Source: Candidatus Latescibacterota bacterium
GTDB taxonomy: Bacteria; Latescibacterota; UBA2968; UBA8231
Direction of reading: 5' to 3'
Assembly: GCA_965219385.1 (NCBI GenBank)
Contig: CBDCNM010000002.1
Span: forward strand, 2,784,936 to 2,848,935
DNA: 64,000 bases
Part shown: in pieces, positions 1-10,313 of the stretch
Layout of the letters: every line of letters begins with the position of its first letter
Position numbering within the stretch: the first letter of the stretch is position 1
Position numbers and translations under genes: made by a program
The notes under the pieces: model-generated
What the model saw: the letters and a program-made list of their open reading frames with translations, nothing else
Told to the model about the DNA's origin: nothing
Databases searched by the model: none

Positions 1-576
1 CCGCACGCAGGCCAGTGTGCCCCCCAATGCCCATCACCCGATGCTGATCGAACACGAATATGAACGGAAAGGGGCCTTGGCTTACCTGGCTGCTTGGGAT
101 GTGCATCGCGCCAAACTCTTTGGACGATGCGAACCTAAAACAGGGATTGCCCCTTTCCATCGGCTCGTGACACAACTGATGCGTCAAGCCCCTTATTGCA
201 ACGCCAAGCGAGTTTTTCTCATTGTGGACAATGGCTCGTCTCATCGCGGACAGGCCTGTATCCAAAGGCTGCAAAAAGCCTGGCCAAGCCTGGTGCCTGT
301 GCATTTGCCTGTCCATGCCAGTTGGCTTAACCAAATCGAAATCTACTTCTCTATCGTTCAGCGAAAGGTGCTAACACCCAACGATTTTGACGCGCTATCG
401 GCTTTGGAAGACCGCTTGCTGGCTTTCCAGAATCGCTACGAAGCAACGGCTCAGCCGTTTGCTTGGAAATTCACCCAGTCAGATCTGAGTACGTGTATGG
501 CACGGCTCTCTGGAGACCAACACTGGAATCACGCCGCATAATATACGTAACAATGCTTATGAAGTGAACCACTTAG
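1..576 (+). mobile_element. IS630-family element, 3' part (transposase ORF open from the window edge to TAA at 541, then a probable right end)
   Basis: DDE_3-type motifs HEYERKG, LIVDNGSSH, HLPVHASWLNQIEIYFSIVQRK, PFAWKFT; followed by ...ttatgaagtgaaccacttag, resembling an IS630 right end (end position approximate). Confidence 0.88.
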
Positions 577-643
577 TTAGCGATATAAGCCCCAAAAAAA
601 AGGCCCTTGGACCCTCTGTCAAGGCGCTAAGCGCAAGTAAGGG

Positions 644-949
644 TCAGGTACGCTCCCTGATGATCGTTTCAGGTCCTTCGGCAATGCTTGCAGTACGGTT
701 TTGGTGCCTTTCGCCACGTATCGGGGTCAACTCGGTACTCGAGGGGGCACCTGAGGGCGCACCAAGCCGTACGGCCGGCGCCGGAGAGCCGTACGTGCGG
801 ATGATCGTAGAGGTAGACGTTCGATGCGGGTCGACCTCGGGTGTGGGGCGATCTATATCATCTACGTTCCAGGTGCCCATGCGCGGGGCGAGATCGTATA
901 ACATTCCGGTCCAACCCAGCCCAATGACGCCACCGCGATATTTGCTCAT
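644..949 (-). pseudogene. N-terminal remnant of a Gfo/Idh/MocA oxidoreductase
   Basis: RBS (gaggaacc) and MSKYRGGVIGLGWTG Rossmann start; plausible protein sequence is lost after ~45-50 codons. Confidence 0.65.
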
Positions 950-1018
950 TGGGTTCCTCCTCTTCCGAGCCCTTGGTCCAACCGATTAGCGCCTGTATAT
1001 AAACCAGCACAACTTGGC

Positions 1019-1240
1019 GTGCCACTACTGGTGGACCAGCGCTACGAACTGATGGGCTTCGATGGGAGCAAGAGCTTTGCACCCGTCGTGACGCTGGACA
1101 TGATTTTCCCGAAGCGCGTATTCCGAGGCCGATATCTATTGATCGAAGAGGCGTGCGGAATTCTGGGTCGGGACATTCTCAACCATGTAGCTTTGCTTTT
1201 GGATGGTCCGCAACGGCAATGGGTGGAGCATACTCTGTAG
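1019..1240 (+). pseudogene. C-terminal remnant of a retropepsin-like (clan AA) aspartyl protease
   Basis: ILGRDILNHVALLLDGP matches the hallmark ILGRDxL C-terminal motif; no DTG catalytic motif upstream. Confidence 0.6.
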
Positions 1241-1297
1241 CTGGCGAAAGCGGAACGACAACCGGGACTTGCGATTATCGCACCGGAGCGTGAGTGA

Positions 1298-2780
1298 ATG
1301 GCCAACGACGAAATGCTACGGGCTGCGCCGCCTGGCGGCGCAGCGCCCCCGCCCCCTGATACTGGACGACGACGGCGATCTGGTTTATGACCAGCCCACC
1401 CCACAGGACCCCGAGGCCTTTACGCGGCTGCGCCACACGGACCTGATCGACGCGGCCGTCGACAGGCTCGCCTAGTGCATGAGTGGGGCATTGCCAAGGG
1501 GACGGCGGATTCGGTGCGCTACTGGCAGACCCAGAAACTGGGAACGCCCTTCCAGGCCAACATGCCGGATCCGACCCCGGTCGTGGAGGAATTCTGCCGC
1601 CGGCACGGGATCGAGGTCTTCGGTTCCCTGCGCATGAACGATTGCCACGACGCCTTCGGCATGCCGTCGCCGAGACTGCTGTATCCGCTCAAGGTGGCGC
1701 ACCCGGAATTCCTGCTGGGCGACGAAAGCCAGCGCGGCGGTGTCGAGGACGGCCTGGTAGCGGCCATGTGGTCCGGCCTGAACTACGCCCTGCCGGAAGT
1801 GCGGGAGGATCGTCTCTGGTGGGTCGAACACACGGCATCGGCCTACGATCTGGACGGCATCGATCTGAATTTTTTCCGCATGCCCCGGGTGTTCAAACTG
1901 GGCGAGGAGGCCGACAACATATCGGTAATGACCGGTAATGACGGAGTTCATCCGGCGGGCGCGGCAGATTGTCGACAGGGCCGCGGCGCAGCGGCAGCGC
2001 CCCCTGCTGCTGGGGGTGCGGGTGCAGGACACCGTGGAAACCTGCCTGCGCACCGGCATGGACGTGGAGACCTGGCTGCGGGAGGGTCTGGTGGATCGCC
2101 TGCTCGCCGGCGGCGGCTACGCCTCCTTCTGCGTGCCGGCGGCCGAACTGGTGGAACTGGGCCACCGTTGCGATGTCCCGATTTACCCCTGCATCAATTG
2201 CCCCGGCACCTTCGACCGGGGCCCCGGCCGGGGATTCGAGGCCCTACGCGGGGCGGCCGCCAATTTCTGGCAGGCCGGTGCGGACGGCATCTACCTGTGG
2301 AACTACCAGTATCTCGACACGCCCCACATCGCCTACGGCCAACCCCATCCCGAGGACTATGCCCACCTGGCCGACATCGCGGATCCGGCGCGGCTGGCCA
2401 GGCTCGACAAGATTTTCAGCGTCAACCCGCGTTCCCTCGAGCAGTACGCACGCGGCAGCGCCCCCTGTCCGCTGCCCATGCAACTGGATCAGCGGCGCCG
2501 CGGTCTGTCGGTGCGCATCGGCGACGATGTCTCGACGGCGGCGACGGTGTTGTTGCAGGTGGACCTGGAGCACGTGGTTCCAGGAGACAGACTGCACATT
2601 CAGTTCAACGACCTGGAACTAGACAGCGGCGACCAGGAAGGGGGCGAATGGGCGCTCGATGGGGCCGCCGTCTGCCAGGGTTTGAACCAGTTGTCCATCG
2701 CCGTGCGCCAACGGGGCGCATCGGCCTCGGCACCGCTTGCACTGACCGAGGTCCGCGTGCACGTGCGCTACGACGACTGA
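1298..2780 (+). pseudogene. Disrupted glycoside-hydrolase-like (GHL10-type TIM barrel) gene
   Basis: Three frames join into one protein (LILDDDGD...; FGSLRMNDCHD, YDLDGIDLNFFR; GADGIYLWNY); in-frame TAG at 1473-1475, a frameshift just after it, and a 10-bp tandem duplication at 1923-1942. Confidence 0.75.
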
Positions 2781-2863
2781 ATGCCGGGTTCAGAGGCGGC
2801 TTACTACGATTTGTGCCATTAAACGGAAAAAGTGTCGGTAAACGGAAATTTTCAGGGTCACGA

Positions 2864-3367
2864 TCAGATCCTTCGGCGTCTCGGTGGGGCCAGCGCGACC
2901 GTGGATAAGGCGGTGGAAGGCTCGCAGCGCTGGCTCGAAGAAGCCATGGGGGATATGGAGAAGTTGCTGGCCGCGCCGAAGTGCTGGTGATTGCGGGTAG
3001 TGAGCGCCGCCACTCCGCCCGCTTTGGCTTGGGCGATGATCTTTTTCGTCCCTTGATAGCACGGAAAGTATCCCAGACCTCCATCCCCGTCCATCACCAG
3101 AGCCGCCGGCGCCTCGCTCACTACCGAAATCTGCGGACGAGGATTGACTGCTCCGTCCTTTATCTTCTGCAAATAATAGGGTACCTGTCTGGTGCCGTGG
3201 CTGAAGAGGCAGCGCCGATCGTTGCCGGCCAGTATCTTCCCCAGCAATTCCGCATCTTGCCGCGGCATCCCGACTCTCTCAAAAAGGCCGACGATCAGCC
3301 CCTTCATCTCCCCGGCCGGCAGACGGATGCCGTGCTCGGGCGGATAGTTTCGCTTATTCAGATTCAT
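2864..3367 (-). pseudogene. Truncated type 2 malate/L-lactate dehydrogenase (Ldh_2) family gene
   Basis: SHGTRQ, DGDGGLG, RNHQHFGAA motifs; homology stops at ~2960, well short of the usual ~340 aa. Confidence 0.8.
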
Positions 3368-3708
3368 CCCTGTGATATCCTCCCAAAAAGAGTACAGGTC
3401 GGTGGTTATTCGCCGAACTTTTCGGGGCTCATGGGTGGAGACCTCCCGGCAGCAATTTCACAACGGTCTGAGGATTGTCTATTTTACGGAAAATATGCAG
3501 AAACTCGGTGCAGCTCAAGGCAACGGCCATTTCCCCCCGCCAGTGGAACCTGGGATGTATTCTGGCCGGAGGAGGCCTAGCCTGAGCGGAATTTTTAGAG
3601 GGAGAGAGCATCTCAGAAAACGGGGATTACTACCCGCCTGGCACCTGGCATGCGAGGAAGTACTTTGATATCTACCAACCATATATCCAGGAGGGGTGTA
3701 GAGAGAGA

Positions 3709-5523
3709 ATGGGTCGATTGTATCCCAAGTATGCCTTCTGGATCATCCTGACGCTGGCTCTAGCCGTACGCCTCGCCTACGTGCTGCAGATGGATGCTAG
3801 TCCGCTCTTCGAGTACCCAGCCGTGGATGCTGGTACCTATGCGCAGCACGCTGAAAGGCTGGCAGCCGGGAACTGGCTGGGACTCGGGGAGGGGCCTTTC
3901 TGGCAACCTCCCTTCTACCCGTATTTTCTCGGACTAATAAAAATAATAATCCCGGGCTCTTTTTTCTACGCAGCGCGGTTCATCCAGGCCCTGTTAGGGG
4001 CGCTGGTGTGCACCCTGGTCTACTGGCTCGGGCAGCAGATGTTCCAGTCGAGGATCGGCGCCATTGCAGCCCTGGCCGCTGTCTTCTATGGCCCCCTGAT
4101 TTTTTTCGACGGCGAACTGCTGCCCGCTACCCTGGCCGCCTGCCTCGATCTGGCCGGACTGACCCTGCTGGTGCGGGCTGTTCGGCGTCCCTCCTCCTGG
4201 GCTTTTCTGGGGGCCGGTCTGGTGTTCGGTCTGGCCGCCCTCACCGTAGCCACGGTCCTGAGCTTTGTGGTGGCGGGGGCCGGGTGGATTTTCTGGTATT
4301 TCCGCAGCCGCGGTCTGCCGCTTTCGCAGGCGCTGAAAAGGGCGGGGGTATTCCCGCTGGGCGCGCTGCTGGCGATAGCACCGGTGAGCCTGCGCAACCA
4401 CGTTATTGGCGGGGATACGGTCCTCATCTCGCACAATGCCGGGGTGAACTTCTACATCGGCAACAACCCCGACTACGACCGCACTATGCACATACGGCCT
4501 GGCTGGGAGTGGGACGATCTGGTCGGCATGCCCCTAAAGGCAGGGGTCGAGCGGCCTTCGCTTAAATCGCGCTTTTTCCTGAACAAGGCATGGGAGTATA
4601 TCCGCACCCAGCCTTTCGACTATATGAGCCTGCTTTTCAAGAAAACCTTCCTGTTCTGGCACGGCGACGAGGTGGGCCGCAATCAGGATATCTATTTCTG
4701 GAGGAAGTACTCGTCCCTGCTCGCCGCGACCTTGTGGAAGTGGGGGGTGGCCTTTCCCTTCGGGATCGTCGGCCCGCTGGCGCTGCTGGGGCTGGGGCTG
4801 GTCGTGCGCCAGCAGGGTTTCTCCCTGCCCGTGGTCTTTGTGGGGGTTTACGCGCTGTCCGTGATCGCCTTTTTCGCAACCGCGCGCTATCGCATCCCGA
4901 TCGTACCTGTGTTGCTGCTCTTCGCCGCTCATGGGGCGCACTGGGTTTACACGTGCGTGCAGGCGCGCAGACTCGGGACAGCGGGTGCGGGGCTTGCGCT
5001 ACTGGGTGTGTTTGTGGTGTTGGCGAACCACCAGCTCGCCCCGATGGACGTGGGGGATGCGGCCATCCACCACAACCTCGGTGATGCTTATTCCAAACAG
5101 GGCCGGCTGGACCAGGCCCGGCATGAGTTCGAGCAGGCCGTGGCCCTGGATTCCACCTACTGGCAGGCCTGGATCAACCTGGGCTCCCTTATGGCGTGGC
5201 AGAAGGATATCCCCGAAGCGATCCAGATCTTCGAGTGGTTGCTGCAGGCGCATCCAGAGCAGGAAGAGGTGTGGCTGAGGCTGGCCCGGGCGCAGCGGAC
5301 CATGCGCAACCGACCGGCGGCCTTGCGGGCCTACCAGGAGGTGTTGAGGATAACCCCCCGACAGCGCCGTATCTACGCCGAACTAATCGGTTTTCATTTG
5401 CAGGCCAGGGATTTCGACCAGGCTGAGGAGGTCCTGCAGCAGGCCCTAGAGCGCTTTCCCCTGGAGGAGGAGCGCCTCCGGAAGATGTATGAAAGAATGA
5501 GAATCATGGTCCTGACCAGATGA
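3709..5523 (+). CDS. GT-C fold (PMT_2/ArnT-like) membrane glycosyltransferase with C-terminal TPR repeats
   Basis: Many TM helices, VDAGTY, FWQPPFYPYFL, NAGVNFYIGNNP, RYRIPIVP; TPR-like helices (HHNLGDAY, AWINLGSL); RBS aggagg. Confidence 0.85.
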   Translation: MGRLYPKYAFWIILTLALAVRLAYVLQMDASPLFEYPAVDAGTYAQHAERLAAGNWLGLGEGPFWQPPFYPYFLGLIKIIIPGSFFYAARFIQALLGALVCTLVYWLGQQMFQSRIGAIAALAAVFYGPLIFFDGELLPATLAACLDLAGLTLLVRAVRRPSSWAFLGAGLVFGLAALTVATVLSFVVAGAGWIFWYFRSRGLPLSQALKRAGVFPLGALLAIAPVSLRNHVIGGDTVLISHNAGVNFYIGNNPDYDRTMHIRPGWEWDDLVGMPLKAGVERPSLKSRFFLNKAWEYIRTQPFDYMSLLFKKTFLFWHGDEVGRNQDIYFWRKYSSLLAATLWKWGVAFPFGIVGPLALLGLGLVVRQQGFSLPVVFVGVYALSVIAFFATARYRIPIVPVLLLFAAHGAHWVYTCVQARRLGTAGAGLALLGVFVVLANHQLAPMDVGDAAIHHNLGDAYSKQGRLDQARHEFEQAVALDSTYWQAWINLGSLMAWQKDIPEAIQIFEWLLQAHPEQEEVWLRLARAQRTMRNRPAALRAYQEVLRITPRQRRIYAELIGFHLQARDFDQAEEVLQQALERFPLEEERLRKMYERMRIMVLTR

Positions 5524-5938
5524 GGTACTCCTGATCTACGCCATGCTGCTGACGGTCTCGGCCCTGTGCACCATGGGCCTGGTCTATCACTCGTGGTCCG
5601 AGCGCTACAAGCGCTCGGACCACGAGATCGTGGGCAGCGAGGGGCGAATTGTTTTTGCATCCAAGTCTCCCCCTGTTCTGGCGCTCTCCACCACAAAAGC
5701 AGGCGTGCCGGGATACGAGAGAGGAGTCAGTGAAATCACTCTGTCACCGCTCCCTCCGCTCGACGAGCAGTACGCCAAGTGCGACGATTTCCTGCGGGCC
5801 ATCATCGAGGACCGCCCGCCCCTGGTAGATCCGCAAGACGCCTGCCACGCCGTCGAGATCCTGGACGCAGCCTACTGCTCGATCCAGGACGGCTGCATGA
5901 TCGAACTCTCCGAAAGGGGGTATTATTCTGACTCGTGA
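5522..5938 (+). pseudogene. Chimeric remnant: short DUF6785-like TM piece joined to the C-terminus of a Gfo/Idh/MocA oxidoreductase
   Basis: EIVGSEGRI ... DFLRAIIEDRPPLVDPQDACHAVEILDAAY is a typical Gfo/Idh/MocA C-terminus; the preceding EVLLIYAMLLTVSALCTMGL resembles DLVLVYIMLLLACSVPTM in the 23820-25760 protein. Confidence 0.6.
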
Positions 5939-6026
5939 ATAGAGAGTAGGTTTTTCACCCGTTGGGTAGCTCTTTCAGCATCGCTGCAAAAGGAAAAATC
6001 ATGAACTGAAGAGGTGTGAGATCGCG

Positions 6027-7051
6027 ATGGACAAACCCAGGGTTGACGACATCCTCAAAGTCAAGTTCGAACGAGTGCAAGGCGAAGCTTATCGCGGTGC
6101 TGTTCTGGATATAGGACTGCAGGGAAGCTGGTGCGATCACAGTGTCTTGCGACCCGCTATCGATTTCGATGGAAAACTCTTTCGCATGTGGTTCGTTGGC
6201 CAGACCAAAACTTTGGATTCTGGGGTACCCTACGGCATATACGAGCGCATTGGGCTTGCTGTGAGTGCAGATGGAATCAGGTGGAAGGTTGGCAACGACG
6301 GCAGGCCGGTGTTCGGTCTGGCGCGGTCGGGTAACCCCGACAGAAAAGGAGTCAGCCATCCATTCGTTTTACGCTCTGGGGACAAGTACATGATGTGGTA
6401 CGGGTTCATCGACGGCAGGCTGGGCGAAGACATTGGTCACATGGGCTCCGATAGGCGGGTGGAGCGTATTGGATTGGTAGCCGGCTACGACGGTATTCAC
6501 TGGGAGCAAGTCACCGACGAAGAAACGGTTTTAGACGTGGGCCCATTGGGCTCGATCGACAGCATTCAGGCCACGGGAATGCACGTTATAAAAAAAGATG
6601 ATACCTATATCATGTGGTACGGCGCTTATAATGGCAGACACCAGATTGGCATAGCAACCAGCACCGATGGAATCCACTGGGAGAAAGCCAACGGCGGGCA
6701 GCCCGTATCGGGATTGATCGGCGAGCACGTGTTGAGACCGTCTGTCTATTTTGACGGCTGTACATACCTGATGTTCTATGGCAGAAGACACAACAAGCGG
6801 TGGACCATGTTTGCCGCGATCAGCACAGACGGCGTAAACTGGCAACCAGCTTGGGATGACCAACCGCTGCTCGGTCCGCCCCACCGGATAATTTCGCCTT
6901 TGCACCACCAACCCTTTCCGCGAGGCATCACTCCGCAGCCGGGACCAGGCTGGTCATCCAGGGTCGAAGCCTCAGGATGTGGTACGGCGCCAAGGGAGAT
7001 GACCCGCAGCCGCATGAACGCATTGGTTTGATGGAAGTAGTTCTGCAGTAG
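6027..7051 (+). pseudogene. Five-bladed beta-propeller glycoside hydrolase-like protein (GH32/43/130-like), frameshifted near 6880
   Basis: Repeated blades MWF/MWY...RIGLAxSxDGIxW; the last blade (LRMWYGAKGDDPQPHERIGLMEVVLQ*) lies in another frame after the C-rich run ggtccgccccaccg and ends at TAG 7049-7051. Confidence 0.75.
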
Positions 7052-7070
7052 AGCAATCTGCGGCGTTCTA

Positions 7071-8954
7071 TCATTCCTGTTCTTCCACGGTGAATCCTTC
7101 AGGAAGCGCGCCCAAGGGAACCGTGGTGAGGGTAACCAAGGCGCCGGGCTCCACCACGATCTCCGCGGCAGGGCCGCCGGCCTCTTTCCCCAGCTCGGTC
7201 ACCTCGTTTTCGTGGTAGGGATCCACCAGCTCCATGTGGGTGAATCCGCCCTCCACTCCCTCGATGGTGACGCGCCGGGGAAGGGTGGAGCGGTTGAGCA
7301 GCACCACGGTCCTCTTGTCGCCCTCGCCGACAAAGGCCGTGGCCAGGAGATCCTCGGTCTGGGTGGATGCCTCCACCCGCACCATGCCCTGCCGGATCCG
7401 GCGGCTGTACGCACCGAACACGCGGAGCTGGTTGCTTGAGGGCCTGGGCACGAAGCCGTGGCATTTGTCCGGCACGAACAAGGTCCGGGTCCAGCCCACC
7501 GAGAGGCGCACCGGGTTCAACAAGGTAAAGCAGTACAGCAGCGCTGCGGCGTCGGCGAGCACCAGGTTCTTGTGGTAGAGCTGGCCCATGAGCAGGGCGA
7601 GCCGGTACGTCGGACACTGGTTGCGCGCATTGTTGACGCACAATTCCGTGGACAGAAACGGCTTGTCCGCGGTCAGCTCTCTGAAGGTGCGCAAGTACGG
7701 ATCGCAGTCGTCGGGGCGGTTGAAGAATTCCTGGTAATCGTACATGTTGGTGGCCGAGTAGTCGATGGCGTCCCATGCTTGCGGGTTGCTGGTAAAGGCG
7801 CGGGCCCGGGTGATGCCATCCGAGGTCATCTTGCCCCAGACCGTTTCGCTCGTCATCATGTTGGCGTTGCTCATGTGAATCTTCACCGAGCTAAAGCCGG
7901 CGCGGTCGAGCGTGCGACGCAGGACGAGGGTCATCCGGTGGTATTGCTCGGCCGGCTGCGAGCGTTCGTTCTGGATCCCCACTACAGCCGGCGGCGCCCC
8001 GGTTCGTTCCACTGCTGCCTGGCAGTATCCGAGCATGGCCCGGGCGTACTCATCCACATCCAGGCCGTCCTCTGTCCTCGTCCACCCGGGGATTCTCCAA
8101 AACTCGAACCACACCTGGCCGCCGAGAGACTGGATGATTTTGTTGTAGGCGAAGTTGCTGATAAAGCTGTTCGGGAAGTCCTCGGGGTAGTGCGGCCTGG
8201 CCTTTTCGAGATGGTCCCAGTTGGACAGGTCGGACTCGAGACGGAGGTCGATGGGGTTTTCGCGCTGAACCAGCAGGTTGTACTCGCAGACGAATTCCCA
8301 CCAGCGCCGTTTGCCTTTCGGGCTGAGTTCGAGGTAGGCAAGGGGGGCGGCAATCCCGCCGAAGCCGATCATGGTTTGATGGGGTTTGGCGGGATCTACC
8401 CGAACGGTGGCAGCGGTCGGCTGTGGTTTGATGAGACGGCCGCGTACCGTCCCCTGGTGATCGGCAAAGCGGAGCTGATGTCGGCTCACATCGGTGAGGC
8501 AGGTCTGCCTGATTTTTTCCGCGCCATTGATCGACACCGTCAGACCGGTCTTGTGGTCGAGCACCACCGCCACCCTTTCTACCGCTTCCGGGCACGGCGC
8601 GGTGGCGTGGAACCACTTTTTTTCAGGGCCTTCTGAAGGCGTGTGATGATACAGGATAGAGACCTTTCCAAACCAGCGTTTGAGCGGCACCGAAGGATCC
8701 TGGTCAAAGAAATCCTCCACCTCGTACAGGCCGAAGGAATCGTAGAACCGCTGCACTACCTGAACCGAGGAGTCGTCCAGGCGGATGGTGAAGCCGCCCC
8801 GTTCGCCGGTGAACACCCACTCGAAGGTTCCTTCTCCGAGGTCCCATTCTTCAATCCTGAGGGTTCGTTCGAAACAGGCGGGCAGGAACTCGTAGAAATA
8901 GATGCTCTCGCCGAGGTGGAAAGGCTCTGTCCAGGGGGGGTGTTTTTGCGACAT
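7071..8954 (-). CDS. Clan GH-A (GH30-like) glycoside hydrolase with N-terminal beta domain; paralog of 17910-19805
   Basis: QTMIGFGG, GIQNE (acid/base-like), FLSTELC (nucleophile-like), C-terminal beta sandwich (VVLLNRS); RBS gaggag. Confidence 0.75.
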   Translation of the reverse strand: MSQKHPPWTEPFHLGESIYFYEFLPACFERTLRIEEWDLGEGTFEWVFTGERGGFTIRLDDSSVQVVQRFYDSFGLYEVEDFFDQDPSVPLKRWFGKVSILYHHTPSEGPEKKWFHATAPCPEAVERVAVVLDHKTGLTVSINGAEKIRQTCLTDVSRHQLRFADHQGTVRGRLIKPQPTAATVRVDPAKPHQTMIGFGGIAAPLAYLELSPKGKRRWWEFVCEYNLLVQRENPIDLRLESDLSNWDHLEKARPHYPEDFPNSFISNFAYNKIIQSLGGQVWFEFWRIPGWTRTEDGLDVDEYARAMLGYCQAAVERTGAPPAVVGIQNERSQPAEQYHRMTLVLRRTLDRAGFSSVKIHMSNANMMTSETVWGKMTSDGITRARAFTSNPQAWDAIDYSATNMYDYQEFFNRPDDCDPYLRTFRELTADKPFLSTELCVNNARNQCPTYRLALLMGQLYHKNLVLADAAALLYCFTLLNPVRLSVGWTRTLFVPDKCHGFVPRPSSNQLRVFGAYSRRIRQGMVRVEASTQTEDLLATAFVGEGDKRTVVLLNRSTLPRRVTIEGVEGGFTHMELVDPYHENEVTELGKEAGGPAAEIVVEPGALVTLTTVPLGALPEGFTVEEQE

Positions 8955-9010
8955 TTTTTCCTCCTCTTTTTATCAATAATTCAGTCAATTCTTCCTTCAT
9001 CTTGAGAAGT

Positions 9011-9796
9011 TTAGTCGATGGCGCGCATCTGGTCGGACCAGTCGCGCCACATATCCTCCTGGGGCGGCTCCAGCTGGGTTTCCTCGATATCGGTTTTGAC
9101 AAAGTCGTAGAGCACGGCCTGGCGCAGCTGGCGCGAGGTGTTGGGGCTGGCCATATGGCCGAGGCGATGGTGCCAGAAGACGATGTCCCCGGCTTCGCCG
9201 TGGGTGTCGATGGGCGTCTGCTGGTTGAAGCGCTCGCGGACCTGCTCGTAGTCTTCGGTCTTGTCCCTGAGGTACTGCGAGGTGAAGGTGGGGTAGAACG
9301 CGATGTGACTGCCCGGCCACACCATGAAGCTGCCACCGCCCGGCGGCACGTGGTCGATATAGCCGACCACGCCCAGGTGGAAGGGATGGCCGTCGCAGTG
9401 GCAGGTGAGGGGCGGCGGCGGGTGGTCGCCGTAGGGCAGGGTGCAGTAGATGCCGCGGATGCCCTCGGGCCGGACCAACTGGCCCGCGCCCAGCATCTGT
9501 TCGGCCATGGCCCAGATAGCGGGATCGGTGGCCAGGAGGCGCACCATCCACTCTTCGCCGCCCGGTTCGCGGAAGTTCCAGCGGAAGCCGCGGCGGGCGT
9601 TCGAGCTGTCCTCGTTCTCCTCTGCTTCGCTGAAAGGGCCGACCCAGGAGTCGGGGTTGTCGCGGGTGCGGCCGGGCGGGCCCCCGTCCCAGAGCCGGCG
9701 ACGGGCCCGCTCCATCAACTCGGGATCGAGGACCCCGCGTTTGATCAGGTAGCCGTTGCGCTTGAAGAAGCGCATTTCGTCGGTGGACAGTTTCAT
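9011..9796 (-). CDS. Phytanoyl-CoA dioxygenase (PhyH) family Fe(II)/2OG oxygenase
   Basis: FFKRNGYL start, HCD facial-triad motif, VWPGSH, AGDIVFWHHRLGH. Confidence 0.88.
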   Translation of the reverse strand: MKLSTDEMRFFKRNGYLIKRGVLDPELMERARRRLWDGGPPGRTRDNPDSWVGPFSEAEENEDSSNARRGFRWNFREPGGEEWMVRLLATDPAIWAMAEQMLGAGQLVRPEGIRGIYCTLPYGDHPPPPLTCHCDGHPFHLGVVGYIDHVPPGGGSFMVWPGSHIAFYPTFTSQYLRDKTEDYEQVRERFNQQTPIDTHGEAGDIVFWHHRLGHMASPNTSRQLRQAVLYDFVKTDIEETQLEPPQEDMWRDWSDQMRAID

Positions 9797-9919
9797 CGTC
9801 CGCCTTTCCTGATTCCTCGATGATCAAGGTTTCAGGTTTGAATTTCCACGGCTCTGGGATGGGTGCAAAAGCGGCCTTTACCCGCTCGGCCGGCCCGTCT
9901 GTGGTCCGTGGTTAACAAG

Positions 9920-9948
9920 AGTGTAGCAGATCGGCCGGGCAGTGTCAA
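9920..9948 (-). promoter_or_regulatory. Sigma70-type promoter upstream of the PhyH gene
   Basis: Minus strand TTGACA-17 bp-TACACT with extended -10 TG. Confidence 0.65.
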
Positions 9949-10051
9949 CAGACATGGTAAGACCGTTCGGGGCGGGGGGCGAGGGACCGGCATCCACCAC
10001 CTGCGTCCAAATCTTGACCACGCCACCCAAAAGGGTTTTTATCTTTCTTAA

Positions 10052-10216
10052 GGGGAGAAAGAGGATTGTGGTTATCCCAGCAGCGTGCAACTATCCGACG
10101 GCAAATTAGCCACTGCCTATTACACCAAGCTCTCGCACGATTACCACTACGAAATGCGTGTGGCCAGGTGGAACCCCACTGACTTCGCTACTTCAGGATT
10201 ACCTGCCCAGAGTTGA
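10052..10216 (+). pseudogene. C-terminal remnant of a BNR/sialidase-like propeller protein
   Basis: Hand translation EDCGYPSSVQLSDGKLATAYY...VARW; no start codon, in-frame stop directly upstream. Confidence 0.65.
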
Positions 10217-10313
10217 TACGGATCATTCCACCTCAATTCTGTTCTTCAACCGGACCGTCGATATTGTTGCAGTAACCTATTTGATCAGCCATTTTAATCT
10301 CCTGGAGGCTCCG

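Noticed and set aside
1473..1475. TAG recoding, suggested by two TAG codons at probable Trp positions (1473 and 14958)
   Set aside because: Both lie in genes with other lesions, and TAG terminates intact genes here (e.g. 11876, 19805, 46857)
10158..10313. Longer start for the metallophosphoesterase
   Set aside because: Overlaps the BNR remnant; ATG 10314 has a good RBS
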